This document shows positions 15,041-41,849 of a stretch of DNA of 64,000 nt, in pieces. Numbering within the stretch: the stretch's first letter is position 1; every line of letters begins with the position of its first letter. Below the pieces are notes generated by a model. That model did no database searches, had not been told where the DNA came from, and was given only the letters and a program-made list of their open reading frames with translations. The stretch is from Chrysomallon squamiferum. Its lineage: Eukaryota; Animalia; Mollusca. The translations under genes and the position numbers were made by a program. Where the stretch lies: contig CM022672.1 of assembly GCA_012295275.1 (NCBI GenBank), forward strand, positions 20,894,001-20,958,000, read 5' to 3'.

Positions 15041-15248
15041 TTTATAATAGAAAATGCTTAGTAATTTTCTCTCTTTTTCCTTCTTGTTTCTTTTTATGTA
15101 ACTAAATTAAACCATTTTAGAAAATGTTTGATTACCAAACTCTGAAATGAGTTATTCAAATAAATTTAAAACATTCAGCAAAGAAATATATCAAGAAACT
15201 GTAATATACTTCCTTCTTGTACACCTCTTTATTTCAGATTTCAGGTCG

Positions 15249-15309
<61 letters not shown>

Positions 15310-15478
15310 GGTTTTGGTGGGATTTGGTTGTATATTTTTAATTCTCGCTATGGATTTTTCCTTTGACAAATAATTTCATTTTAGTGGAAACATCATATCA
15401 AGATGGACGTGAAAATGTTTTCATTTCTTTGTTTGATCTCCTTTCTAGCTTTAGCTCATGCGTGGTCAGGGTAAGCTG

Positions 15479-15509
<31 letters not shown>

Positions 15510-16394
15510 TTGAGACAGACTGCAAGTGTTGAAATTTATACAACAGGTCCGGATTAAGTTACGTTATAATGGGTCCCTAAATTTTACAAAGGACATATTG
15601 TCGTGAACTAGTTTGTTTATCATGTAATTAAATTTGATGTTTGATGTATATATTTAAAAATATATAAACCAAAAAATTATTATATTAACAATAATGATGA
15701 ATAAATACCATTCCAAGGAGAATTTTTGTTATGTTCTAATGCTTAAAAAGTTCGAAGCAATATGCATTTAAAAATAAATAGTTTATAAATAAATATGTTA
15801 ACTTCAAGAAATAATTATAAAGGTATGATTTCGTGAGCGGCAGGTCAAGACCATGTCAACAGTTTCTGTTTCAAAATCTAAGTATAGTATCCAGTTATTA
15901 ACAAAAACTAGTGAACACTGAAAGATACGCAGGATTTTTGTTGTTGTTTTTTTGTAATATTTATTTATTTTTTGTTGTTTCTTATTACGGAGGGTTGCCC
16001 GGCTATTTTTTACGGAAGACATTCAGAATTATCTGGTATTTAACCAATATTGCCACAAAGGGCTATTTTCATGTGACAAGTCGAAATAAAGCGGAGTGGG
16101 TTTCGTGTACATCAATCACTTTAAAGATTAACTGTATTTGCGTTTCTTTTCAGAAAATACACAGTTATCAACGCATTGCTTAGAGAGTTGTGAATGTTAC
16201 GACAATTTAACCCCAAGGTGGGCGTTACAATAGTAAACCCAGAAAAATATGAGAGAAACGATTCGAACGAGTTATTTGAGGAGATTTAACGTCCTCTGTT
16301 TACCGTTCCCTGAAATTTAGATGCCCAAGAACAATTAACATTTGCATTGTTATCTAACAGGTTAAACTTTCATTTATTCATTCATAACTTAGGT

Positions 16395-16600
16395 GTGCAG
16401 TGATAAGGCAAGTCTATCGGGTATCTTGTATTTTACTGATGTGTCCTGTCCAGATCCACTTCCTTCTTCTAACCAGTTCAGTCATATCTCTGATATCTTT
16501 GTTTTATCTCTAACCCAGATTTTTGTTTTTCGGTCTCGATATGTGATGATTAAAACACTTTTTTTCATCATTGTTCGGCTGTTGCTTTGTTCTTTTTCTG
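16395..16600 (-). mobile_element. Degenerate RTE-clade non-LTR retrotransposon fragment (C-terminal part of ORF)
   Basis: The minus strand reads VLIITYRDRKTKIWVRDKTK, then after a frameshift TELVRRRKWIWTGHISKIQDTR*. This matches the RTE post-RT motif I recall (LNITYRDRKTNxWVRxxT...RRRKWxWAGHxxR). Confidence 0.75.
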
Positions 16601-16750
16601 TTTACTCAGTGAATATATCGTGATTTGTTTTTAAAATGTTGATCTTTTTACAAACTGTGTCAGTATTAATGTGGCTTTAAACTATTTTAGATATTATATC
16701 AGCCATACATTACACTGTATTATGAAAGAAAATAATTTGTTTAAAATATC

Positions 16751-17165
16751 TAGAAATAATGATGAAGGTTTGAAATATAATAATAATAAGAATAAGAATA
16801 AGAATAATAAGAATAATAATCATAATAATCATAGTAAGAAGAAGAAGAAGAAGAAGAAATATAATTAAGAAACAAACAAACAAACAAAATTAAATGATTA
16901 CTTATAATTTATTGCAATGATTTTAACTGCTTTGTAAACCAATAGTCTGGAATGCCCGCTATTTGGACGGATGGACCCACGAAACAAACATTTTACTACT
17001 GAAATTTGTTCGTTTATCTTTATATTTTATTCCTTGGACTGTTCATAGGGTATTAACTGGTTAGAAAACCATACAAAACATGTTCGCTAAGAGCATTTTA
17101 TTGACACAGAGAGCCAGGTGGCATCATTTCAGCTTTCTTAGTATCTTAATATTATAATTTTAGCA
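16751..17165 (+). repeat. Direct duplicate of 10935-11365 (upstream region of paralogue A)
   Basis: Near-identical from TAGAAATAAT..GAAGGTTTGAAATATAAT through CAGCTTTCTTAGTATCTTAATATTATAATTTTAGCA. Confidence 0.92.
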
Positions 17166-17214
17166 GTTACCAGACGTTTAAATCTAATAAATACAGAAGA
17201 TATCGGATTGTAGC

Positions 17215-17253
<39 letters not shown>

Positions 17254-17460
17254 CTTTTTGAGAAACAGCAAATGGCGTTTCGATGAACTGCCGTACGTTT
17301 AATACCGTATAAAATGAGCTTATCGTACGTGTAATATAACAGCCGTACATATGATGTGACCTATAGTGACAGTATATTCCGTGAAACACTCTAACTACTA
17401 TGTACTATTTTATCTAACTACCATGTTATGTCACGATTTGTATCATCACTGTCAAGACTG

Positions 17461-17565
<105 letters not shown>

Positions 17566-18685
17566 AAATAAAACCTATAAATCAACTGTAATCTGAAGAT
17601 TATATTCATGAATTATTATTATTATTTTTTTTTTTTTTACTAAAACGCTTAAGACTAACTTATCGATTTGTTAGACATTACGTATGTTAGCTAAATTATA
17701 TGTTTTGTTTCAGCTTTTGTTCTCATAAACATGTCTGGAGGGAACGATACAGATATGACCCTTACTGTTGCATACTAATGCACAAAACAAAAAAATATAA
17801 TATAATAAACAAAATAATAAAAAAATAAAAACACAGCTAAAAACAAAACCTAAAAAAACATCACCATCAACAACAACAAAAAAAAAAAAAAAAACAACAA
17901 CAAACAAAAGTAACAGTAGAAATATCGTTTCTTGGAAACTATTTTTAATATGTCAGAGATTATACATGCATTATTTAAATATCTAAAGAAATTAAAATAA
18001 AGAAATTAAGTTTATATTACATTATCGTTTACAAATAAACAATGTTTGTAACAGAATCAAGCAAAATAATGATGACGATGATGATGATGATTTTTCGTTT
18101 TATTGATACTGTAACTAATTAAAATATTATTTGAAAATAAAATTGAAAATTGTTGAAAAACTCTTTAGTAGCTAATTCTCTCCATTGACTCACAATCAGT
18201 TCACTGTTTCCTAATGTTTAATTCATATTATGCAGATCTGATGACCATTAAAATTAAAACTGAAAAAATTATTGTGAATTAGCTCCATACTGAGTTCATT
18301 GTGGGTAATATTGACAAAAGAGTAAAAATATAAAATTTTGTACATAGATTTAACATAATCGATTTTATGCCAACTGTAATAATGGTTAAATATATATACA
18401 TACATATGTATAAAGAAAAGAAATGTGAAATAAAACAATAATAGGAGTTAATTTTGTTTTAACTATATAGATTTTCAATGCATATGAAATTGATTAAAAA
18501 TGTATTTGTTTAAGCAGATTTCAACCGGAGTTACTGTTCTTGTAATATTTTGAAAACGTAAATTTATCAGAAACCCTTTTTTTCATAGATGTCGGTTTCA
18601 GCGGAATATAAAATATTTATACTAATGCAAACAGGTGTAAGAAAATAATATGTAATTAGTGTACATCATTCTTCTACAGGTAAGT

Positions 18686-30787
<12,102 letters not shown>

Positions 30788-30881
30788 CTTCGTTTGATGT
30801 GTGGAAGTGAATTGTTTGTGCTCAGGAAAACAAGAAATATACTTAACTTTCATGTGGGGGTGTGCGCGACAGTATCCAATA

Positions 30882-30892
30882 GAAACCGAAAG
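30882..30892 (+). promoter_or_regulatory. ISRE/IRF-type motif GAAACCGAAAG ~95 bp upstream of the paralogue B start codon
   Basis: Exact GAAANNGAAA consensus. A second GAAACCGAAA lies at 30610-30619 in intron 1. Motif match only. Confidence 0.4.
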
Positions 30893-32195
30893 CACGAAAG
30901 GGAAGATAATTTTTTTATATTATTATTATTTTTTTTTTTTTTTTTTCATTTTAATAATTACTAGATGAGTTGATTGTTTAAGAATAGACTTGCCCAGTCT
31001 CTCTCTCTCTCTCACTCTGTCAGTGTGTCTGAATGTCTGTCTATATCTCTAAGAAAATATAGCATAAGCAAATTACAAATATTTTTTTAAATTATGAACA
31101 GTAATTACAAGAAAAAAAAAATATCGTTATTTAAGGATGAACAGCCGCACACACGTTTATTTTTTTATGTGTATGCATGTGCACTTTAATACTACAGAGA
31201 TCGTTTATTATTATATTAATGAAATAAAATTTATGAAAATAGCTTTTTATTTTTCTTAAACAATACTCCTGTCCTCTAAATATTCAGTTAACCTACTGAT
31301 CCCCGGTGTGATTAGACAAAAATAACTTTAAAAAAAAAATAATAATAATAAAAAAAAAAATTAAAATAAATTAATAAATATTATTTACATAGAAATACTG
31401 TCTAAATTTCCGTATAAACAAAAATGGTTTAACAGATATTTTAAAATGCGAAATAATTTCGTTTTTTTTTTTTCTTTTTTTTTTTGGAAGTTTCACATCA
31501 TGACGTAAGACAAATAAGCTGAAGGAAATGCTTCAGACAAGGAAGACATCCGAGTATACTTAAAATTGAAACAATAGCTCAAGTGCTTTATATCAGCAAA
31601 CTGCCTGACGTCAGCTTTTATCAAAAACACTCTATTATGTTGGGGTCTCGTCCGATACAGAGATGGAAGAGTACAGATGGAAGAGTGAGCACGAAGGAGG
31701 GAGGTCGATAGAAAGGGTTATAGGAAATGACTCTTTTATCAGTATTAATTCATCCCTGAAGCCAGAATATATTTTCCTAAACCCATTTGATGCAGAGATA
31801 AAACTACTTTTTCAAGTAGATAATTACGATTTTTTTTTTTTTTTTTTTAATTTAAAATTTAATTTTCGGAACCTTAACTATGCATTCCTCTTTGAATCGT
31901 TTTGTTAAATCAGTGTGACCGCTTGTCGAAATTAATTTATCCACAGCTGTGCTCTTCTATGTAGGCTATTACACAGGGCATCAGTGTGCTCTGTTAGCCT
32001 TAGACTACAGAGGGGCGGATGTTCCCGAACTAGTTCAATGAGCTGTTTGACGATTTCTTTTCAAATTTTGCTTCTTTAAAGTTAGTCTTTTTTCAACTGT
32101 AACTAGTAACTAGTCTGTAAACAAAAAAAAAAAAAAAAAAATGAAAGAAAGAAAAGAAAAAAAAACTCTAATTTGTTAATGAGCAATATCCGTTA

Positions 32196-32245
<50 letters not shown>

Positions 32246-33717
32246 AAAACAAACAAGGAATTACGTGTGTGTGTGTGTGTGAGAGATTATAAATAAAATC
32301 TGGCTTTTTTATTACGGATAATGCTAAGCTAGTTAATATTACTATAATTATAGGCATAAAAAGCAATATAAGGTCGTTTAAAATAAGTTTATATTTGAGG
32401 GTTATATACGATCATCTTTAGTATTCGAAAGTGATAGCTTGCATATTGTTCACACAGAACAGGAAAAAGGAAATGTTTTATTGAACGATATTAACACATT
32501 TTAAATCAAAAGTCGCATTTCATTATATACAGAGCCGTGGATCTTACAGATGTAGGAAACCTGCTGCAGTCACAACTTCATTCTTTTGAGAATCAAAAGA
32601 TTATAATCACCATTGCTTTCCTAATTTTTTATTAACCAGTTGAGTTAGACTCCTGTAAGAAAGTTCAGTCTTAGGATTGACGTTCATATCCCTAAACTTG
32701 AATAGAGATTATCACACTTTCAAAGAACAGATTTTTGTATTCTTCATTTATTTGCAAAATCACTCTGAAAAAATGTCATGTTTGTAAACATTCAAGACCT
32801 ATAATAATAAACGATAACGATCTGCACATTGAAGGTATCCATCTTATTATGTTCTTCTTTTTCTATGACCGTTAGTTAGGAGAAAAAAAAAATTCCAAGA
32901 ATTTTCTTTGACACAGAGAAATATACAAGTTTGATTTGTTCCATATTATATTAATATTAAAACTAGAAATTTGTTAAAAGTTTAAAGGAATTTTTTTTTT
33001 TCTCCTTGGATTATGAAAAATTAAGATGATATGATTGATTTTTGTCTGTTTTGAAGAGGTTTACCAACTAAATGGAATCAGATCCATGCAAAGCATATAA
33101 AATATATTAATAATTATTATATGAACAAAACTATTTCTTTATTCAAAATCTTTTATTCTTATGTAAAATTTAAAATGAATGTGTAAAAAGACAAAATTAA
33201 ATGGTCTAACAGCATCAATCTGTTTTAAAAACAAATTATAAATGTACAGCAGGGTAAAATGATGATAAAAGGATATTTACAATGTGAGTGGTTCTGAAAG
33301 ACAATACAGTAATACTCATGTTAAATACCAGATATCATTGGATTATGAAAACAACTTTAAAATCAATCAAACAGTATACTTTGCATCTGATTGTAGTTAA
33401 GCATTGATAGATAATAGTACTTTATATAAAGTTGATTGTAAATAAATATCTTATAAAAAAGTTTTAAAACAAGAGTGATTTATATTTGTTTACATGATAA
33501 CACACACTAGAAAATTGATTTTAATTCTAAAGAGTGGAAATTTGTTTAACAACAATAACAATTTAGTGTTTTTCAATTTTATTTTTTTTTTTTTTTTTTA
33601 AAAGCTAGAATTTATTTTTCAAATTATTATCCAAATTGCTGATCAGATTTAAAATAATCTGTTTTGAAGTAAAATCTGGCTTAATCTATGACTAAATTAA
33701 TATATCTGAAACCCAAG

Positions 33718-36652
33718 CTATTTTGACATCTTCTGTATCCATAATGACTCTAAACTAAAATCTGTGATCTTGTCAAACTTTATCTTTAGATGACCTTTTT
33801 TAACCTGAAAATTAAAATGTGACAGTTAATAAGAATAAATATGTACAGTACTTAATAAGAGGTGCAATTATAAACAATTTTTTTTTTAAAAGTAAAGGAA
33901 ATATATATTTAATAAGTGTTGTTAAATAACGTTAGATTGTGGAAAACATAAAGCATTTTAGTAATAATGTGATTTAAAATAAAGTAACATATTTTTTAAT
34001 CAATAATTTTGTATACTGATTATAACTACATCTAAAATCTTTAATGCATTTTTTTTTTTTTTTTTTTACATTTAAACTCTCTGGTGACATCATGACATGA
34101 CCTCGATTTGTTATTTGAAATCTGATAACCATTAACTAAACAATGTATTCCTTTCCTGTCAAAAAACACTCCCTCTAATTTAAACAATGCACTCTGAAAT
34201 AACATGCTGAACATGTTATACTACTGAGACTTAGTGCATGTCATGATCTGAACCCAATTTTTACATTTTGGTTAGCATTCTTTAATTTGGAATGATAAAT
34301 ACATTAAACCACATATTTTTTACTCTGAAATAATCCAAATTAACAAACATTTCATAAAATTTTATAGAAATTAATGCTAGATTTGCATATTATAATGGAG
34401 ATGATTGCTTACAGTTGCTATCTGTCCATTTCCAAAAAAATTAATGGTAAAAATTATAATTATGATAGAAACAGACAGTAATCAAGTGTTGTGATGGATG
34501 AATGAAAATCAGAAGTTCTGCCAAAGCAGTCATCATAGATCCTTAGAAGTTAAATACACACAACTGCTGTGGTGGTATTAAAGGTCAAGATTTTAATGAA
34601 TAAACTTTTGGGGAAAAAATAATTAAAATGCAGTTAGTTACCTTTACTGTAACATTCTTAATTACAGCTTCCTCTGAAAACTTGCGCTCAAATCTGTAAT
34701 AGCTTAAATCAGGTGGATCTGAAGAATGTTTCTGATTGTTTACAACACACTCTGCCCACAGAATTCTGTAATAAATAAAACACATAATTCATCAGTTGAA
34801 TTTTAAAAGGTTTACAAAACAGAAAACAATTAAGGAACAAAATTTTGAAAGGTAACAAATTTTTCTTTAGCAAAATTAGTATTATTTTACACTTTTTTTT
34901 TTTTTTTTTAAAAAGATATATTTAGTGTGAATTTAATATACCGATTATCAAATCCTGCTTTGGCTGTTGCATGTGGTCCGGGTTTCACTTTTGACAGGAT
35001 CAGTGAAACTTTACCCCGACCCATGATTCCCTGACTTTCTTTATCCTTACGACTTACAGGTATATCAAATGGGGTTGCTGAAAATGAAAAAAAAATTGTT
35101 ATTTACTGTACAAAATAATTCACAAACTAGGCAAAGATAATGAAATTGCAGTAAATATACAAACAGTTAATTTGATTAATTATTTGATATGCTATGTATA
35201 GCATCATTTGTATATATTAAAATTAACATTTAGTTTAATTTCTACCTCAATTGCTTTGCTGAAGTTTTCACAAGACAAATATTTCTATGTTAAAACATCT
35301 TCATATGATTTCTTTACCAAAGAGTGAAATACAGTTAAAAATGATTAATCATCTGCATAATTATAAATAGTAAATATATACTAATGTTACAGGGAATATG
35401 TATTATTCGAAATTATGTAAATCCCTGTAATGTCTGATTTACTCATGAATTATGCATACTGATTATAATGATCTCTGAAAATTTCAAGTAATATACATTA
35501 TAACTGAAATACCTAATTTAGTCTGTTACTTTATCCATAATTCCCTATTACTGTAGCATTATAATTCTCTCAAAGTAACATAAAAATGTGTAAGATTGCC
35601 TTTGAATTGATGATGTTTAAATAAATACCAGACAACTGTCTAGACAGGGACTGGTTAGGCAAACTATTTTAACCGCATTTGTTTGTAGCAATAATGAACA
35701 TGATGATCACTGAAAAACATGTGTTTGCCAAAATAAAACATTAATTTATTTTTTAAATATTTTGTTTGATATATGTTTTGATTTGAATATTTCTTTCTTG
35801 TAGATTATAGCTAATCAAAATTTAATTTCCTTTTTTTTTTTTTTAAATACATCTTTACCATTGACCTTACTGGGTAATGCCAGGTAATGTTACCTAAATT
35901 TGATCAAAATACACAAGTTTAACACTTTTCTAACTGATTTTACATGTATTTCTATTATCCAATGATAACTATAAATAGTCATTAAAAGAACTATTTCCCT
36001 ACACTCTAGCTTTTGCTTCTTAACTTTTGAAACAACTGCCTACTCATGAAGTACTATGATAGTCTATCAATTCATAGAAGAATCTATGTTTATTATATGT
36101 TATCAAGAAGACAGGAGAATTTAATTTCACTGGTACAATAATATATCAAATGCTTTCAGGGAACATGCATAAAATAAGTAACTAAATAAATTTCAGGGAT
36201 TATATGTATTACCTGAAATTTTCAGACATTACAACATAATTTCTGAGTGAATCAGACATTATATATAATACTGCTATAAATATTCCCTGTAACACACACA
36301 CATACACATAAACACAGATACAAATACACACATACATAAAAGCAACATTAAAATGAAATGAACAGTACACATGTGCTCCTAAATTTAAATGAAATTCAGA
36401 CTTGCAACATTTTTTATAACATACGGTATACTGTAAAACAGTGAAAACAACAAATGAAATTTACTGACAGGATTCAAATTTGTGCACGTCTTTAGCAGGT
36501 GGGGGTTGTCCAACATCCACTGCCACAGAAAATGCTCCACCCTCTGCTTGTAACAGTTTGACATCTGTATTTACAATCTCTCCACTTGATTCAGTCATTT
36601 TGGTTTTAGTTTCTGAATCATCGGTTTCCATCTGACTGTCACTGCCTTCCAT
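33718..36652 (-). CDS. Uncharacterised 176-aa protein; acidic N-terminus, C-terminus resembling an HSP20/alpha-crystallin or CS-like beta-sandwich
   Basis: Exons 36469-36652, 34942-35077, 34642-34765 and 33718-33804, all GT-AG and in phase, total 531 nt. There is an in-frame stop upstream of the ATG. C-terminus: YYRFERKFSEEAVIKNVTVKVKKGHLKIKFDK. The domain call is by eye only. Confidence 0.75.
35386..36293. mobile_element. Probable non-autonomous DNA transposon (MITE-like) with imperfect ~110-bp terminal inverted repeats
   Basis: 35386 GTTACAGGGAATAT...TAATGTCTGATTTACTCA...CTGAAAATTTCAAGTAAT is mirrored by 36190-36293 ATTACCTGAAATTTTCAG...TGAGTGAATCAGACATTA...ATATTCCCTGTAAC. No ORF inside. 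Confidence 0.55.
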
Positions 36653-38316
36653 AACTGAAGAATGTGGGTGTCACTGACGGTCATGGACTTCAAATTAGCA
36701 AATGAGATTTTTGATTCTGGAAAGAAAAAAAGAGTAGATGCACCACTTTCAACGGAAATGAGAGCTGGATGAGAACAAATAATTTATCTTATTTAAAATC
36801 ATAATATTTTCATGAACATTTGTTATTACATTATGACCCGTTTTCATTTTGGTTAAAGTATATTACCGTTTATGTAATTAACATTAAAATCATAAATAAA
36901 AATTCAGTTGAGGCTGTGTTATATATAACTCACAAGTATTACAACAAAATGCTTTTCAACAGGCATTTTATTAAAACCAGTTATCCATGCACAATTTATA
37001 ATTATGAATTTTTATGATATGACAAGTACACAGCTTTATTAAAATTATATTAAAATATACAATGACAGAAAGGTATATAAAATTTTGGAAATAATTAAAA
37101 TTTTAACAATGTAATTAAATAGATCCACCAAAACGAATTTTATCATCTAATAATTTACTATCAATATTACTGATCATCTGTATATAAGCTAAATGCTAAT
37201 AATTTGTATCTATAACTAAATAATTATATGCAGCTTTATTAATCTGGCCATTCTAAATATTTATGATTTTATGATTCACAATTATATGCTGTCTGGTGTA
37301 ATGCATATGGCCACTGCAAATAGTAAATGTGCTTTTTATCACACTCTTTTACTTTCTTATCAGTGCTGCATTTATTCGTTTTGCTTTCTCATTAAACAGT
37401 TATTGATCCGCCAAATATTTCATTTTGTCTCTCAGATTATGCTATCTGAGTACCTCTTTTTCAAGTTTTAGCCTCCTTCATTCCGCCCTCTCTCTGGCCA
37501 TAAACTTTCATAAAGTCGAAACAAAAATAAAATTGTCAGGAATAAGCTGTATTATTAATTATAAGGTGATGGCAAGTATGATAAAAACGGTAATATTAAC
37601 ATATCCGGTGGTTCATTGTTCACTTAAGACTGGTGAATTATATAAAAAGTTACTAAAACTTGAAAAAAGTAATACTAATACCTTTAGAAGTTAGTAAATA
37701 TTAAAACTGTTCTACCTAGACAAAAATTTGAGAAACCTATTTTACCTACGCTACACTAACGATAATAATTTCAATAACTGTTCGTCGTGTAAACCTGTAA
37801 ATTATTCCATAATTGCGAACGATGTTGTAACTTCCCGCAATTAAAATTGTCTTTGTTAATAGAACAAAAAGCGTCGTTTCATTTCAGACAGGATCAGTAA
37901 CTCTTGAACAATTTGGAGTAAGTTCCCTTGGTGCAATTCTATAAGATCTGGTGTATTAATAATTATTATTATTTAGAAATATGTTGAAATAATTATAAAA
38001 TAGTACATCATTACCGGTATCTGATAAACCCCTGCTGGAAAACGAAGATATAGTTTAATATCTTATTTGGGCTATTTCCTTTGAATGGGTGTGAAATTCT
38101 TCTTTTCTATTTACTTCAGTTTTAACATTATACGAAGCCTTTTTTTTTTCTATCTAAACTATACACATCTTACCTGTTTTATTTTCACTGGCTTTTCAAC
38201 GTAAAATATAAAAAACTGTAAAATAGACAGATATTTATACAAATATATTATGACATAAAGTTTCAAAAAGACAGAAATATACAAGGTTAACTATTTATTT
38301 TTTTACACATTAAAAA

Positions 38317-38350
<34 letters not shown>

Positions 38351-38390
38351 TAATAATTATAATAATATATAATAATAATATAAACAATAA

Positions 38391-38421
<31 letters not shown>

Positions 38422-39081
38422 ATAGTAAAATAATAATAATAATTTTTTTAAACATGGTGAGAAGATGATAACACTTCAAGTATATGTCATTGACAACAAA
38501 TCAGATAAGACAACAGGAAACATCCGCACATTAAATAGTAATTTAAGATCTTTATCCGCATTAACCCATGTGAAAGAAAAATCAATATAATTTGTTTTGT
38601 CCGAATTCTAATTATCTGTATTATTAGTATTATTATTATTATTATTATTGTTGTTCCGGTTGTTGTTGTTGTTGTTGTTGTTGTTTTATTTTATTTTTGT
38701 GGTGTTTTTTTTTTGGGGGGGTGGAATATTTTGTTTATTATTTATTTATTTATTTATTTATTTAGATACTAATATTTTAAGGTAAGATTTGATGCTTTAA
38801 TTTGGTTGTTTTCTCCTTTTGTAATGCCGACTGACATTACTGTGATTAGTAACAATTATGTCTCATATTTCACTCTGACATGTTTATAGGACATAAACCA
38901 ACATATTGCGTCATCCTGCAGATATAAACATAATGCTTCCTTATTAACGTGGCATTATCATTTTTTACTGAAGCAATCATGCAAAGACAAGTATGCATCT
39001 TTGATAAATTTGTACCCTGCAGATTAAAGTTCGCAATGATAAGTCTTATTTCAGATCACACGGGATTCTTGTCCTTGTAAG

Positions 39082-39123
<42 letters not shown>

Positions 39124-39887
39124 AGATTAATTTATGGTTGGTGTGCTAAATGTTGGATAAAGATAATAGAAATATATAAAATAAATAAATTTAATATAAA
39201 ATCGACAGATAAAAATTGATTTATATTTATATTCAGGCTGTCGTTTATCTAAATATTAATTTAATGGGAGTGAAGTCGGGTATTTTAATATTGTCGTAAA
39301 AGGAGTAAAAGGGTATTTTCAGCACAATAATTGTGGATCTCCATGTCTGAGAGGCCAGACGAACTGGGGGTTAACATACGGTGAATGCTCGTCTGCGCTG
39401 GATGCATATGGAACCAATTACAATTTCAAGAGTGTGCGTTTCATCATTGAACTGACTGGCTAAACATGCAGTAGTAAGGATGAGCTGACTGTGGTTACGG
39501 TCAGTCACTGACCGGTCAGTTTGACTGGACATTCACCTCGCTAATTTGATGGTGAAATAATATAGTATAGGAAACTGTTTTTCATTGCAACACCTTTACA
39601 ATATGTTCAGTATATATTTTTAAAACTTTACCGCATACGTAGCCCTTAAAATCCTCTAGTAAAGGCGCCATGTTACATGTTCATGTCGTTGTTTTGTCAA
39701 AATAATACGGTAATTAATCTACGTGTACAGAGCAACATTCATTAATTATTCATTATGTATTTCGTTCCAGATAAACATTCTGACCTGGAAAACGAGACCA
39801 ACCTAGCTTTGACACCAATATTACTTGGTCATAAATTAAGATTCCAAATTTTTCTAGACACTGGCTTTTTTCATGAAATAAGATAAT

Positions 39888-39955
<68 letters not shown>

Positions 39956-40768
39956 CCTTTATAATTTAATCATTCTTGTGTTTTATGGATATAGAGAAGA
40001 AAAAAAAAACGTATAAAATAATGACAACAGTAATAATAATAAACTGATACAAATATCCGAAAGACATCCGTACACAGTTTACATAAAATTCTTGTTAGTA
40101 TAACCAATAGCAAATTCAAAAACAACGGAACATTTTTTTTTCTCGAATATTTATTATTATCAGTAACAAAGCACAAGACAAAACATATAGATACAAAGAT
40201 AAGCTCTGCTTTGAACACCTGAGGACGGTATTTTATATATATATATATATATATTGCACATGCCAGAATATTATATTAATGTTACGTATTTATGAAAGAA
40301 TATGCTATAATCCGGATGATAGTTTTAATGGATATTGTTAAATAATAATGGCATAAACCGGGTTCATTTATCATAATGATGTAGACTCACCAAAATGTAA
40401 TAACTTAAACAGTCCTATGTGCGTCTTTTGTAGTCGCGCAAGAAATACATCATATATAGCATATGCAGAATAAATATAAAATAATAATGATAATTTATTA
40501 AATAAATAAATAAATGAATAAATGGTAGCTGTGCAAACAATAACAAATATAACTATTATCTGATTTTATGTACTTCTATTTAAATCTATTTTGTACCGTA
40601 TTCTGGAAATAACATTTTTATATAAATAAAATTTCTGTTTGCGTGTAGTGATTGTTTTTCTACATAACGGGGATGGTCAAATGTAAATAATGTAATGTAA
40701 ACTGAACGATGATTGATATTTTGAGCTGTGTCTTGAGTATGTGTCATTCGGTATGTGCGTGATTGTTC

Positions 40769-40822
<54 letters not shown>

Positions 40823-41849
40823 TAATAACAATAATAACGACAACAACAATAATAATAATAATCATCATCATCATCACTAACATCATGATCATCATCTGTG
40901 ATCGAAAGAACCAGAAGAAAATTTTAAATACATAATTAATAAAACTGTTAAAAAAATGAAGCAAATTTTTAATAAATTGTATCAAAATTTAGCATTATAT
41001 AGATGGCCAAACATTTTATTAATGCATTATGATAAAGAAAAATGATAACAAAGAGGATGATTAAAAAAGAAATGTCTGATATTTATGAAACCATAGACAC
41101 ATTTTTTTATTAAAGAAATTAATATTAATAAAATATAAATTGTCATGAGAATTAAAAATTATCTATAAAAGGATATTTATGTACATATTTCGAAATTCAG
41201 TTTTTGTCTCAGAAAAATACATTGCAAATATTTCTAACAACTAAGACAAATAATTATTATTAATATCATTATAAGAGGGTAAGGAGAAATGAAACGAATA
41301 AATTACAATGGTATAAAATATAAGAATAAAAATAAAATAAATATAAAAGCTTATAAATACATTTTGAAAGGTCCTCGCTTTCACAGCCAAAATCTTTATA
41401 AAATGATTTATTAAAAATATTAATGATCGTTTTTGGATTTCTAAAAACTAAACAAAATATAAAAGAAAACAATAACAACAAACAAAGAGACAAATAAAAA
41501 AAACAACAACACAAAACCCAAAAAAAACAACAACAACAAAACGAACAACCCCTCGAAAAAACAACAACAACAACCGACAAATTATACTATGCTTAATATC
41601 TATCTCAAATCTATTATCTGCCGTAAAGAATTCAGCAGGTTTAAACATTAGCTTGCATGTTTGTGCTGGTTTAAGCCTTTAAGAGTTTGCTCTATTATTG
41701 CTTGTCAAGACCAGAGTTAATTACACTAGTACGGGGCTTCCTTAGAGCGTGGGACCAAGTTGAGAGCAACTGGTCCCTCTGGCTTAAAGCATGTCATGCC
41801 AAGACTTCTAGCTGCACATTATCGCGGTAGTGCGTTTAATCTATAATTA

